From the IMG/VR virus record IMGVR_UViG_3300037455_001397, positions 34,542 through 98,541 of that record: 64,000 nucleotides of DNA. One strand, given 5' to 3'. Made by a program: the position numbers and the translations under genes. The stretch's first letter is position 1; every line of letters begins with the position of its first letter. The notes under the pieces are model-generated. The model worked only from the letters and a program-made list of their open reading frames with translations. It made no database searches and was not told the DNA's origin. This document shows, piece by piece, positions 10,117-18,655 of the stretch. The stretch comes from a virus (Duplodnaviria; Caudoviricetes).

Positions 10117-10524
10117 ATGAAGCTTTACACCATCGACGGGCAGACCTTCAAAAGTCTGCCCGATCCGTATCAGAACATGAGCCCCATGACGGACGAACTG
10201 TTCGAGCAGCTTGGCGGCACCATCACGGATGACGGCACTCCGACTCCAGAAGAGGAGTTTGAGGCGGCCTGCGCTCAATTCCGAACCATCTGCACCGCCA
10301 TCGGGCAATTCATCGGAGCAGACAACTTCCACGGCGGCTTCGGGGAGATGGCGTCCTTCGCCAGCTCCGAAGCGTACCAGGCAAATCCGGTCATGGGGAA
10401 CAGCCTCGCCATCCAGTGGTCGGCCGCCAACGAGCAAGGCAAATACTTCGGTTCCAAAATCGGGTACGGTCAGCCTCAGTGGTGGTACCGATGCTGGCAG
10501 CTGGCCGGAATTGAAATCGACTGA
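10117..10524 (+). CDS. Hypothetical phage protein (possible fibre assembly factor)
   Basis: SD GAGGAG, 135 aa, follows the fibre genes. Confidence 0.6.
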   Translation: MKLYTIDGQTFKSLPDPYQNMSPMTDELFEQLGGTITDDGTPTPEEEFEAACAQFRTICTAIGQFIGADNFHGGFGEMASFASSEAYQANPVMGNSLAIQWSAANEQGKYFGSKIGYGQPQWWYRCWQLAGIEID

Positions 10525-10538
10525 CAGGAGGAAAAACA

Positions 10539-10988
10539 TTGACTTCCATCGAAACCATCATTGAGCTGTACTACCAGGCTCAGAAGTTCCATCTTGAGAA
10601 CACGGACATCCTCGAACGGTACTCGTTTGAGGACCTGGCAAAGATCTACAACGGCATCGGGCCCGATTCGTTCCCGGAATGGCTCCGCAAGGTCATTTCC
10701 TCCTTGCATCCCAGCCTCGCTCCTGCAGCCCTCATCCATGATGTGGAGTGGCACGAAAGCGACAAAACACGGGATTCCTTCTCCGAATCCAATGCCCGTT
10801 TCAAACGCAACGGCAAGGCCGTCGCCAAGTGTTCTTTCTCGTTCTTCAACCCGCGTCGCTACATCGTCTGGAATCAGGCGCGGCGCTTCGGGAACTACTG
10901 CGAACTCTTCGGCTGGTCCGCCTGGTGTTCTCCGTGCGAATGCCCGATCTGCACGAAGGCGCGTGAGCAGGCGAAGGCGAATGGATGA
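10539..10988 (+). CDS. Phage protein with NGIG...AALIHD motif (DUF1353/PLA2-like)
   Basis: SD AGGAGG before a TTG start; AALIHD and SNARF motifs. Confidence 0.55.
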   Translation: MTSIETIIELYYQAQKFHLENTDILERYSFEDLAKIYNGIGPDSFPEWLRKVISSLHPSLAPAALIHDVEWHESDKTRDSFSESNARFKRNGKAVAKCSFSFFNPRRYIVWNQARRFGNYCELFGWSAWCSPCECPICTKAREQAKANG

Positions 10989-11082
10989 GCTTGCCAGCCT
11001 CGCTGTTGTGCTTGTCTTCGGCTTCGTCCTGCTCGTGCTGTTCCTGCTTCTCCTGGCTGCGTTTTTCACCATCAACTATTGA
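10981..11082 (+). CDS. 33-aa single-TM peptide
   Basis: MDELASLAVVLVFGFVLLVLFLLLLAAFFTINY; overlaps the previous stop and fills the operon gap. Confidence 0.45.
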   Translation: MDELASLAVVLVFGFVLLVLFLLLLAAFFTINY

Positions 11083-11094
11083 AAGGCTAAAACC

Positions 11095-11460
11095 ATGAAG
11101 GAAATCTTTCTTACCCTCGCGATCCCCGCTCTGCTCGTTCTGAGCGGGTGCTCGCACAACGTCGTAACCTATGGTGACGGCATCGGCTTCGACATGGGCG
11201 TCGATCCCGAACATTTCTCGGCGTCGTTCACCCTGCGTTACGGCAAGACCCTTACCGCAATCACCCGAGATAACGTGGAGATCGAGCTTGCGGGGAAAGC
11301 CAATGCGGACGGAATCCCGGCTTCCGACGCCAGCACCAATGTCGGAACTGACGGCAACCTCCGCGTCAAGATCGGTCGGCAAATCAATGGGTATGCCGTC
11401 GACCTCGTGGAGGCCGGAGCCGATCCCGACAAGGTGGTCGATGCGCTAACCGACAAATGA
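11095..11460 (+). CDS. Phage lipoprotein
   Basis: Signal peptide with lipobox LSGC. Confidence 0.7.
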   Translation: MKEIFLTLAIPALLVLSGCSHNVVTYGDGIGFDMGVDPEHFSASFTLRYGKTLTAITRDNVEIELAGKANADGIPASDASTNVGTDGNLRVKIGRQINGYAVDLVEAGADPDKVVDALTDK

Positions 11461-11597
11461 AAACCGATCCCCGGCTGGAGTCCGACTTCAGTGTTCGGGC
11501 GTGATGCCGGGGACATTTCCACAGCATACCACCGCAAGCCTCTGTCCGGCTTCCCGGACATGCTCAATGTGCGGTGGGTTTTATTTTCTCCGCGAAC

Positions 11598-11626
11598 TTG
11601 ACAAATCCCGTTTCCCGTGTTATAGT
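11598..11626 (+). promoter_or_regulatory. Sigma70-type promoter
   Basis: TTGACA-17 bp-TATAGT with an extended -10 TG. Confidence 0.7.
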
Positions 11627-11683
11627 ATCAGGCTTTTTCGCAAAGAAGATACAGACCAAAAGAATCCAAGGGAGTGCCGCACT

Positions 11684-11992
11684 ATGCCCGCAAGAAAACC
11701 GTATCAGAAAAAACTGAAGCTTCCGAAGCATTGGAAGATTTCAAGAGTCGAGCATGCCGAAAACGGTTCGCGTGTTGATCTCTGGCTGAAACATGAGCCG
11801 CATGTCTTTCGTTGTTCCAAATGCCATGAGCCTGCCACGACCTATGCCCACATGGAGGAGCAGGTTCTCCTGCACCCCGACACGACTGAACGCAGGATAT
11901 TCCTGCATGTCCGCCGTCCTCTTGTGAGCTGTCATGAGCACGGAATCACTCCCGGAAAGTTCTTCGCGGAGGGATACGCGGAAAGCGACTGA
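11684..11992 (+). CDS. Stand-alone ISL3 transposase N-terminal zinc-finger-like domain
   Basis: LPKHWKISRV...CSKC...LHVRRPLVSCHEHG resembles the ISL3 transposase N-terminus; no DDE domain; has its own SD and stop. Confidence 0.6.
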   Translation: MPARKPYQKKLKLPKHWKISRVEHAENGSRVDLWLKHEPHVFRCSKCHEPATTYAHMEEQVLLHPDTTERRIFLHVRRPLVSCHEHGITPGKFFAEGYAESD

Positions 11993-12062
11993 CAAACAAT
12001 TCCCCGGCTAGGCCTCTGTCCGTTTTCGGGTAAGCCCAACCTTGCCGGGCTTTTTTTCTCGT

Positions 12063-12097
12063 CCAGGTCTGACCTCGGTTAGGCCTGGCATTTTTTT
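12063..12097 (+). terminator. Intrinsic terminator (second of a tandem pair)
   Basis: CCAGGTCTGACC-TC-GGTTAGGCCTGG followed by T7; another hairpin plus T-run lies at about 12003-12057. Confidence 0.65.
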
Positions 12098-12302
12098 GCC
12101 TTTGCGCTGGAAGACACAGCGGCTTTCGTGGCGATCTTTCGGCTATGTTTCGCGCAACGCATAAGGCCTTGGTTCAGGGGCATCCTGCCAAGGGGGCAAG
12201 ATCGCACAAATCGGCCTTTCTGGGCGTTTATTGGCATAAATCATAATGGACCTGCGCGAGCAAACGCCTCAAAACTTTCTGCGAAGAATTATAGAAAAAC
12301 CG

Positions 12303-12513
12303 CTTGACTTTTCTGTAAAAGCATAATCGGAGAATCTTCGATTTTTCTTTCGTTTTCGACTTGCTTTTTGGAAAAAGGGATAGTCGAAGAAAAACTGGTC
12401 TTTCTTCGGAAACCGACTTGATATTGAGGCAAACAATGCTCAAGAAGAAAGTTCAATTAAAAACGCTTATTTCTCTGTAAAAGACTGGCTATTAACGAAT
12501 AGTACGCTAAATT
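12303..12513 (+). promoter_or_regulatory. Promoter-unit array A ending in promoter CTGGCT-17-TAAATT
   Basis: CTTG/CTGG boxes at 12303, 12360, 12417 and 12485. Confidence 0.75.
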
Positions 12514-12566
12514 AACAACAGAACGGGAAGCATAGGGCGACCCACACGACAACAAGGAGATGCAAC

Positions 12567-12827
12567 ATGAAAAAGAGAATCGAATGCAAGATTCCCGAAT
12601 CCTTCTGGAACACCGAAGCCGGTCAGAAAATCGCCGGAGCAATGCACAGCGATGGCTGGGAAGCTTCGGACTGCCTCACGAGCGTGATAGACCTTCTCGA
12701 AGATGGCATCAGGAACTCGCAAGACATGGCAATCGTCGAGGAACTGAAGAAAGCACAGAAGCAGGTGGCCGCCGCCAAGAAAGCCCTCTGGAAAGCATCC
12801 GACATCCTCCGCGAAACAGGATTCTGA
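12567..12827 (+). CDS. Small hypothetical early protein
   Basis: SD AAGGAG, 86 aa, followed by a terminator hairpin at about 12845-12876. Confidence 0.7.
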   Translation: MKKRIECKIPESFWNTEAGQKIAGAMHSDGWEASDCLTSVIDLLEDGIRNSQDMAIVEELKKAQKQVAAAKKALWKASDILRETGF

Positions 12828-12879
12828 ACCGCAACACTCGAACACCCCGCTGCCCTGAGCGACGGGGCTCTCTTTTCGA

Positions 12880-13032
12880 CAATCCTTTTGAAAAAAAGAT
12901 TATCGAAGAAAGATCGGTTTTTCTTCGGAAACCGACTTGATATTGAGGCGAATCATGCTCACGAAGAAAGTTCTATTAAAAACGCTTATTTCTCTATAAA
13001 AGACTGGCTATTAACGAATAACGCGCTAAATT
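12880..13032 (+). promoter_or_regulatory. Promoter-unit array B (near-copy of 12360-12513)
   Basis: Boxes at 12880 (degenerate), 12936 and 13004; TAAATT at 13027-13032. Confidence 0.75.
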
Positions 13033-13102
13033 GTTAATGTCGAGCGGGCGAATGGAACACCTGCGAAAGAAACAAAAAACTGCCAACAGACGGAGGCACA
13101 AG

Positions 13103-13414
13103 ATGGACGAAGAAAAAATCCTCAGAGACACCGAAACCGGCGAAGAATTCACCTATGAGGAAATCGAAGCCGAGTACGAACGACTCAAACGCGATGGGGA
13201 AACCGAAGCGGAAACAATCGGGGACTACATCGAAAACATCACGGCCCCAAACGGAACATGCGAGTGGATCGACGAAACCTGGCACAAATGCGAATGGTGC
13301 GGTGAAATCTACCCCGAAAGCGACCTGAGAGAGGAGAAGGACCTCGGCTACCTCTGCGAACACTGCATCCTTGCCATCTCGAGCCGCGGCGAAGACCTCT
13401 ACCTGAAATACTGA
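13103..13414 (+). CDS. Acidic protein with a C-terminal CxxC..CxxC zinc ribbon
   Basis: SD GGAGG; CEWC...CEHC; Glu-rich. Confidence 0.7.
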   Translation: MDEEKILRDTETGEEFTYEEIEAEYERLKRDGETEAETIGDYIENITAPNGTCEWIDETWHKCEWCGEIYPESDLREEKDLGYLCEHCILAISSRGEDLYLKY

Positions 13415-13470
13415 AACCCAAACGGGAGCCCGCCGAACGGCGGGTTCCCAAACAACCTACGGAGGACAAA

Positions 13471-13905
13471 ATGGAACAGTCAATCATCGACAAACTGAAC
13501 GCCCCCATACAGAAGGACATGCTTCGAGTCGAGGGAATCATGAAAAAACTGGAGATGAATTTCGCGGAAGGCTACATGGACGAGGTCGCGGAAGCGATAT
13601 GCAGAATCCGTCCGCAAACACAGACAAAAGTACGCCCGATTGATTTGAAAGAAGCATGGGAGTTTTCCAATAGAGCAATAAGAGTTGCGACCGACCTTGC
13701 CCGGATAAAACTTGCCGAAAAAATCAAGGCTGAATACCTGAGTCGAGCAACTGCCGATGAAACCAAGTTGAAAGGCTGGTCAAATAAAGCCGCACTGTAC
13801 TTCATCTACGGAATGGATTACGAACGCCCCATCACTGAAAAGCTTGATAAGGCGGTCGAGGCAGAAGTCTACGATGCAATCAAAAAATACCTCGGATTCG
13901 AATAA
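13471..13905 (+). CDS. Hypothetical protein
   Basis: SD GGAGG, 144 aa, followed by a terminator hairpin at about 13918-13942. Confidence 0.7.
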   Translation: MEQSIIDKLNAPIQKDMLRVEGIMKKLEMNFAEGYMDEVAEAICRIRPQTQTKVRPIDLKEAWEFSNRAIRVATDLARIKLAEKIKAEYLSRATADETKLKGWSNKAALYFIYGMDYERPITEKLDKAVEAEVYDAIKKYLGFE

Positions 13906-14123
13906 TCCGAACCCAACGCCCGCGCGACAGCGGGCTTTATTCGTTTAGTTGGGGCTATGTGTCGCGTGACGTGCCGGATTGACCTATTACAAAATGCGAC
14001 CCCCTATGCTAACTCGGACAAAGAGCCGTTTCCGGCCGTTGTTTGCCAAAAATCATAATTGACCAGGCCGAGCAAACGTCCAAAATCTTTTCTCGATATT
14101 TCTCGGAAAAAGCCGGAATAAAA

Positions 14124-14387
14124 CTTGACTTTTCCGAAAAAGCATAATCGGAGAATCTTCGATATTTCTTCCGAAAAAGACTTGACTTTATCAAAAAGGG
14201 ATTATCGAAAGAATGTTCGATATTTCTTTCGTTTATGGCTGGACTTTTGTTTTATCCATGCTCCGGCGTTCTTCGCGTCTTGATAGACATTCTAAAACGA
14301 CCCCGTTCCGAGCTCGGAATAAAAGTCGAATAAAAGTCCTTATTTCTTCGATTAACGACTGGCTATTAACGAATTATGCGCTTAATT
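14124..14387 (+). promoter_or_regulatory. Promoter-unit array C
   Basis: Boxes at 14124, 14181, 14239 and 14359; TTAATT at 14382-14387. Confidence 0.75.
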
Positions 14388-14459
14388 AATTGATGTCGAG
14401 CGGGCGGCACGGGCCGCCTGCGAACCAAACGAAAAATGCCAACCCTGATGGAGGCAAAC

Positions 14460-14711
14460 ATGAGCAAGACGAACATCAAGCTCAACCTGGAAGGAGTGGA
14501 CGGGAATGCGTTCTGCATCCTGGGCCACGCGATGCGCGCACTGAGACAGAACCACAAGATGGAACTCTGGGACGAGTTCCACGCCGAAGCCACCTCCGGC
14601 GACTACAACAAACTCCTCTGCACGGTCTCCGACTGGTTCGACGTCTGCTTCGGCGACGAAGACGAAGATGAAGACGAGTACGACTTCGACTGCGAAGGCG
14701 ACGAAGACTGA
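14460..14711 (+). CDS. Small phage protein (DGNAF...SGDY family) with a very acidic tail
   Basis: SD GGAGG; LEGVDGNAFCILG...ATSGDYNKLL; tail DEDEDEDEYDFDCEGDED. Confidence 0.75.
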   Translation: MSKTNIKLNLEGVDGNAFCILGHAMRALRQNHKMELWDEFHAEATSGDYNKLLCTVSDWFDVCFGDEDEDEDEYDFDCEGDED

Positions 14712-14767
14712 ACCCCCAACAGCATGGCCCGCCGCCTGGCGGGTCATGCCCAACCGGAGAACAAAAC

Positions 14768-14998
14768 ATGAAAAGACTGCAAACCGAAAGCCTGATCGCC
14801 GCGATGAACAGCATCTGCTATGTGGCCACGGGCGAACCGAGCGGAATCTCCGAGGTCTGGAACGGAGACCTTGACGAGCTCGAAGAACACCTCGAAAAGA
14901 TTGAAATCTACGCCGAGGACGAAGGAATGACCGAAACCGCCAAGGAGCTGTTCGCGGCCGCCCACCACATCATCGAAGCCTTCCGAAAAGAAGAGTGA
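14768..14998 (+). CDS. Small acidic hypothetical protein
   Basis: SD GGAG, 76 aa, followed by a terminator at about 15010-15039. Confidence 0.65.
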   Translation: MKRLQTESLIAAMNSICYVATGEPSGISEVWNGDLDELEEHLEKIEIYAEDEGMTETAKELFAAAHHIIEAFRKEE

Positions 14999-15060
14999 AC
15001 ATCGAACACGCCCGGCCGGATGCCGGGCAACTCTTTTTTCGCTTTTTCTTCGCATTTCGA

Positions 15061-15214
15061 CTTGCTATTCAGAAATACCATGCTCCGAAAGAATCTTCGT
15101 TATTTCTTCGCTTTCACACTTGACATTCCGATAAGCTCGTTATGAGCAGAATAAAAAGAAAGATTCGTATTTCTTCGATAAAAGACTGGATTAAGTTTCT
15201 TTAAGCGCTTAATT
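15061..15214 (+). promoter_or_regulatory. Promoter-unit array D
   Basis: Boxes at 15061, 15119 and 15186; TTAATT at 15209-15214. Confidence 0.7.
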
Positions 15215-15282
15215 AATAGCAGAGCGAGGCTGAACGAGGTCGCGCGAACCAAACGAAAAACTCCAAACTGACGGAGGAAACG

Positions 15283-15549
15283 ATGATCGAAATCATCAAG
15301 CATGACGGAGCCTGGACAGTGGCCAAGGCAGTGTTCGAAGGCAAAAACTATCACATCGAAACCAAGCACTTCGAGCTGCCGAGCGAATTCGGAATCAACA
15401 ACGGGCGCATCAGCAAGCTGTTCATCAGCGAGGGGACGAGCTGGAACCCTGACAAATGCCGGTGCGCCTACGACCGCGGCTGGGATCGCAGACCGAGAAC
15501 GAAGGCGGCCAAGGCCATCTACAATGAAATCCTCGCGATGTACAACTGA
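15283..15549 (+). CDS. Conserved phage protein (PSEFGINNGRISKL...YDRGWD family)
   Basis: Motif recognised from small proteins that accompany phage amidoligase clusters. Confidence 0.75.
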   Translation: MIEIIKHDGAWTVAKAVFEGKNYHIETKHFELPSEFGINNGRISKLFISEGTSWNPDKCRCAYDRGWDRRPRTKAAKAIYNEILAMYN

Positions 15550-15561
15550 GGAGGAGCGACC

Positions 15562-16026
15562 ATGGCAAACAACTGCTTCATCGAAATCTCGCTCGAAACC
15601 GAAACCTCCGAACAGGCCAAGGGGCTCCGCAAGGAGCTCCGGGCCGCCTTCCGGCAGGCTGCTCGCGAAAACGTCGGAGCCTACTTCGGGAGCGACCGTT
15701 ACTTCTTCGACGGCAAAGTCGAACAGGACGGAACGGAGGTGTTCATCGGCGGCTGGGTCAAGTGGGGATACAGCGACGGCGAGTTCATCGACATGTTCAG
15801 CTGGCTCCGCCGCAAGACCGCAATCAAGAAGTTCCACATGCACTACGAGGAGCTCATGACCGACCAGTACGGCGAATACGAACTTCACGCGGACGGCACG
15901 GTCTGGAACAACTTCCTGCTCGAAAAAGATTTCCCGACCGAGACCGACGACTACGAAGCCTACTGCGAAAAGGTCGAGGAAGCCTTCCGCACAAAACCCG
16001 CCACAAGATTCATCGAGGTCGGCTGA
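15562..16026 (+). CDS. Hypothetical protein (MANNC N-terminus, acidic)
   Basis: SD GAGGAGG, 154 aa. Confidence 0.7.
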   Translation: MANNCFIEISLETETSEQAKGLRKELRAAFRQAARENVGAYFGSDRYFFDGKVEQDGTEVFIGGWVKWGYSDGEFIDMFSWLRRKTAIKKFHMHYEELMTDQYGEYELHADGTVWNNFLLEKDFPTETDDYEAYCEKVEEAFRTKPATRFIEVG

Positions 16027-16099
16027 ACAGAAACCACCAACGGTCCCGCCACCCTGGCGGGGCCGAAATATCCACACCCCAACATAAGGAACACTCACA

Positions 16100-16285
16100 A
16101 TGGAAACCAAAACCGTCGAACAGTCCATGAAGGAACTCGAAAACCGTGTGCATCTTCTGATGGAAGAACTCTCGGCCGCCGGGCAGGAAAACCTCGCCAA
16201 TCGCATCCAGGACATCTGGGATGAGACCAACTTCCTCCGCGACGAACACCCGGACTTCAATTTCGGGAAGTGGCGCGAAGCGTAA
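16100..16285 (+). CDS. Small acidic hypothetical protein
   Basis: SD AAGGA, 61 aa. Confidence 0.6.
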   Translation: METKTVEQSMKELENRVHLLMEELSAAGQENLANRIQDIWDETNFLRDEHPDFNFGKWREA

Positions 16286-16352
16286 CCGCCAGTATTCGGC
16301 AATAATGGCTTTCCCGTAAAGTCAAGCTCAAAATCGAAGAAAACCGAATCTT

Positions 16353-16414
16353 TCCGCAGATTCGTCGGACGACCTCTTCGCCTCCGTCAGGGCTTTCGTT
16401 CGCGAATCTGCGGA
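16353..16414 (+). ncRNA. Candidate structured RNA element, copy 1 (anti-RBS loop hairpin)
   Basis: Stem TCCGCAGATTCG/CGAATCTGCGGA; loop contains TCGCCTCCGTCAGGGCT. Confidence 0.55.
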
Positions 16415-16653
16415 TTTCTATGCACGGGTATCGCAATTATGCGAAACGTCGCTCGCTTATGCCGGAACGTGCGATCATGCGCCTGGGGTCGCATGTTTCA
16501 AATCGAACGCCGGGGATACGTCGGCCAAATACCGGCCTTTCTGGCGGGCGTTTGGCGTTTTGAATAGAGATCAGACGCGCAAAGCGGCCCGAAACCGGGC
16601 ATCGGATGTTGTCGGTACCGAAAATCTTTTTTCGATATTTCTTCGATCTTCGG

Positions 16654-16750
16654 CTGGATTTATCAACTTTCCATGCTCCCGAATAAAGTCCGAATTAAGT
16701 TCGAATAACCTCGGTTTCCGACTGGCTATTCACGAATAGAACGCTAAATT
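16654..16750 (+). promoter_or_regulatory. Promoter-unit array E
   Basis: Boxes at 16654 and 16722; TAAATT at 16745-16750. Confidence 0.7.
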
Positions 16751-16817
16751 TACAAACGAGCGCGGGAGATACGGAAAACCCGCGGAAACCGAAACCCAAA
16801 CGAAGGAGAACAGAAAA

Positions 16818-17051
16818 ATGCCAGACAGATTTCTGACGGCAACGAAATGTGCAAGATGCGGCGGGTCGCTTGATGGCGGCAGGATAATGAGCCGGTTCAA
16901 TGAGGATGTCCTCTGCCTCGACTGCGAACGCGAAGAGCGCCAGCATCCGGACTACCAGAAGGCTGCCGATGCGGAACTCGCCGCTGTTCGTCGTGGCGAC
17001 ATGAACTTCCCCGGCATCGGCTGGCCGGGAAAGAACGGTCGCGTGAAGTGA
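16818..17051 (+). CDS. Small zinc-finger phage protein (CxRCG...RIMSRFN...CxxC...NFPGIG)
   Basis: Four Cys; family recognised from amidoligase/GGCT neighbourhoods. Confidence 0.75.
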   Translation: MPDRFLTATKCARCGGSLDGGRIMSRFNEDVLCLDCEREERQHPDYQKAADAELAAVRRGDMNFPGIGWPGKNGRVK

Positions 17052-17122
17052 AACAAGAACAACAGGCCGTCGCCAGAAGGTGGCGGCCAGTAAATCTTTC
17101 TTCGATATTTCTTGATATTTCG

Positions 17123-17480
17123 CTTGCTTTTCCGAAAAGAGCATAATCAAAGAATCTTCGATATTTCTTCCGAAAAAGACTGGATTATATTGAAACCGCG
17201 TTACGGAAAGAAAGTTCGATAATTCTTCGCTTTTCCGCTTGACTTCCCCTTTTTCCATGCTCGAAAGAATAATCGATATTTCTTTCGTTTTCCACTTGCT
17301 ATTCTGCTTTTCCATGCTAGAAAAGAATAATAGATATTTCTTCGCTTTCTGACTTGATATTTCTCTTTTACCTCATTTCGAGCAGAAAGACGGCTTTATT
17401 AAAATAATCGGAAGAAAGTTCGATAAAAAGCGTTATTTCTTCGATAAACGACTGGCTATTAACGCTTTCCATGCTTAATT
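17123..17480 (+). promoter_or_regulatory. Promoter-unit array F (longest, 6 boxes)
   Basis: Boxes at 17123, 17180, 17238, 17295, 17353 and 17452; TTAATT at 17475-17480. Confidence 0.8.
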
Positions 17481-17551
17481 AACTAATGTCGAGCGGGATG
17501 CACGGGCAACCCGCGAACCAAACAAGAATGCCAACCAAGACGGAGGCAAAC

Positions 17552-18445
17552 ATGAGCGAGAACAACATCCTCGACACCGCGAAAACCCTGGGCTTCGGAA
17601 CGGAGCTCGAATACACTCACATCAGCCGCGAAGGAGCCGCGAGAGCAATCCAGAGCGTGGTCGGCGGCAACATCAGCCACACCGGCGGGAGCTACGACGC
17701 CTGGACGGTCACCGCCCCTGACGGACGGAAATGGAAGGCGGTCAGCGATGGCAGCCTCAGCGGAACCTCGGCAGAGGTGGTCACGCCCATCCTGCACTGG
17801 GAAGACTTCGATACCCTGCAGAAGGTGGTGCGCGCCCTGCGCCACGCCGGAGCCAAGACCCCGGCCTGCACGAGCCAGCACGTCCACGTCGGAGTCGAAG
17901 ACTTCACGGCGGCGCAAATCGCGAACTTCGCGAGAATCTGGTACAAGCAGGAAAAGCTCATCCTCAAGGCGGTCGGAACCCTGCCGAGCCGCCTCGCACA
18001 CTACACGAAGCCGACCGACCGCGAGTTCATCGACCGCCTCGAAAAGATGAAACCGCAGACCCGCCAACAGCTGAACATCGCCTGGTACGGGTACGCGAAC
18101 CCGCGTCCTGCCCACTACGACAGCACCCGCTACCGCGCCATCAACCTCAACAACGTGTGGACCACGGGGACGGTCGAGCTGAGGTGCTTCAATGGCTGTA
18201 ATCATGCGGGCAAGGTCAAAACAGCCGCGATTCTTGCCCTGATGATCGCCGCCAAGGCCAAGACCGCGAAGTGCGCGAGCACGAAGAAGCCGCGCGAGTA
18301 CAGCGAGGAGAGCGCCGCCTACGATATGCGGGTGTTCCTCCTCCACCTCAAGGCAATCGGGCCGGAGTTCAAAAACTTCCGCAAGCACCTCCTCGACAAC
18401 CTGCCGGGGAACAAGGCGTGGAAGCACGGCAGGCCGAACGCCTGA
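17552..18445 (+). CDS. Amidoligase (COOH-NH2 ligase, Amidoligase_2 family)
   Basis: FGTELE, DGSL, EVVTPIL, HVHV, RYRAIN and TVELR motifs. Confidence 0.9.
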   Translation: MSENNILDTAKTLGFGTELEYTHISREGAARAIQSVVGGNISHTGGSYDAWTVTAPDGRKWKAVSDGSLSGTSAEVVTPILHWEDFDTLQKVVRALRHAGAKTPACTSQHVHVGVEDFTAAQIANFARIWYKQEKLILKAVGTLPSRLAHYTKPTDREFIDRLEKMKPQTRQQLNIAWYGYANPRPAHYDSTRYRAINLNNVWTTGTVELRCFNGCNHAGKVKTAAILALMIAAKAKTAKCASTKKPREYSEESAAYDMRVFLLHLKAIGPEFKNFRKHLLDNLPGNKAWKHGRPNA

Positions 18446-18487
18446 CCGACCAGCCGGAGGGGGCCGGACAACCGGCCTCCTCACCTC

Positions 18488-18655
18488 AGCATGGCTTGCC
18501 GAAAAAGCAAGCGGTTCTTTGAAATAAAACGAAAGAAATTCGGATAATCCGGTTTTCGGAATAGCAAGTCCAAACCGAAAGAAAAACGCGACTTTCTGCC
18601 GATTATGCCTTTCCCGAAAAGTCAACCGGAAATCCGAAGAAAAACGAATCTTTTC
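18488..18655 (-). repeat. Inverted array of three promoter-like units (a single inverted unit lies at about 16300-16355)
   Basis: Minus-strand boxes at 18626, 18568 and 18511 (spacing 58, 57). The reverse complement of 18599-18625, TTGACTTTTCGGGAAAGGCATAATCGG, matches 14125-14151 with 3 mismatches. Confidence 0.7.

Noticed and set aside
11501-11992. Active ISL3 insertion sequence
   Set aside because: No catalytic DDE domain, terminal inverted repeats or target duplication seen.
17123-17480. 57-bp periodic array as a CRISPR array
   Set aside because: Units are degenerate along their whole length, with no identical repeat/unique spacer pattern and no cas genes.
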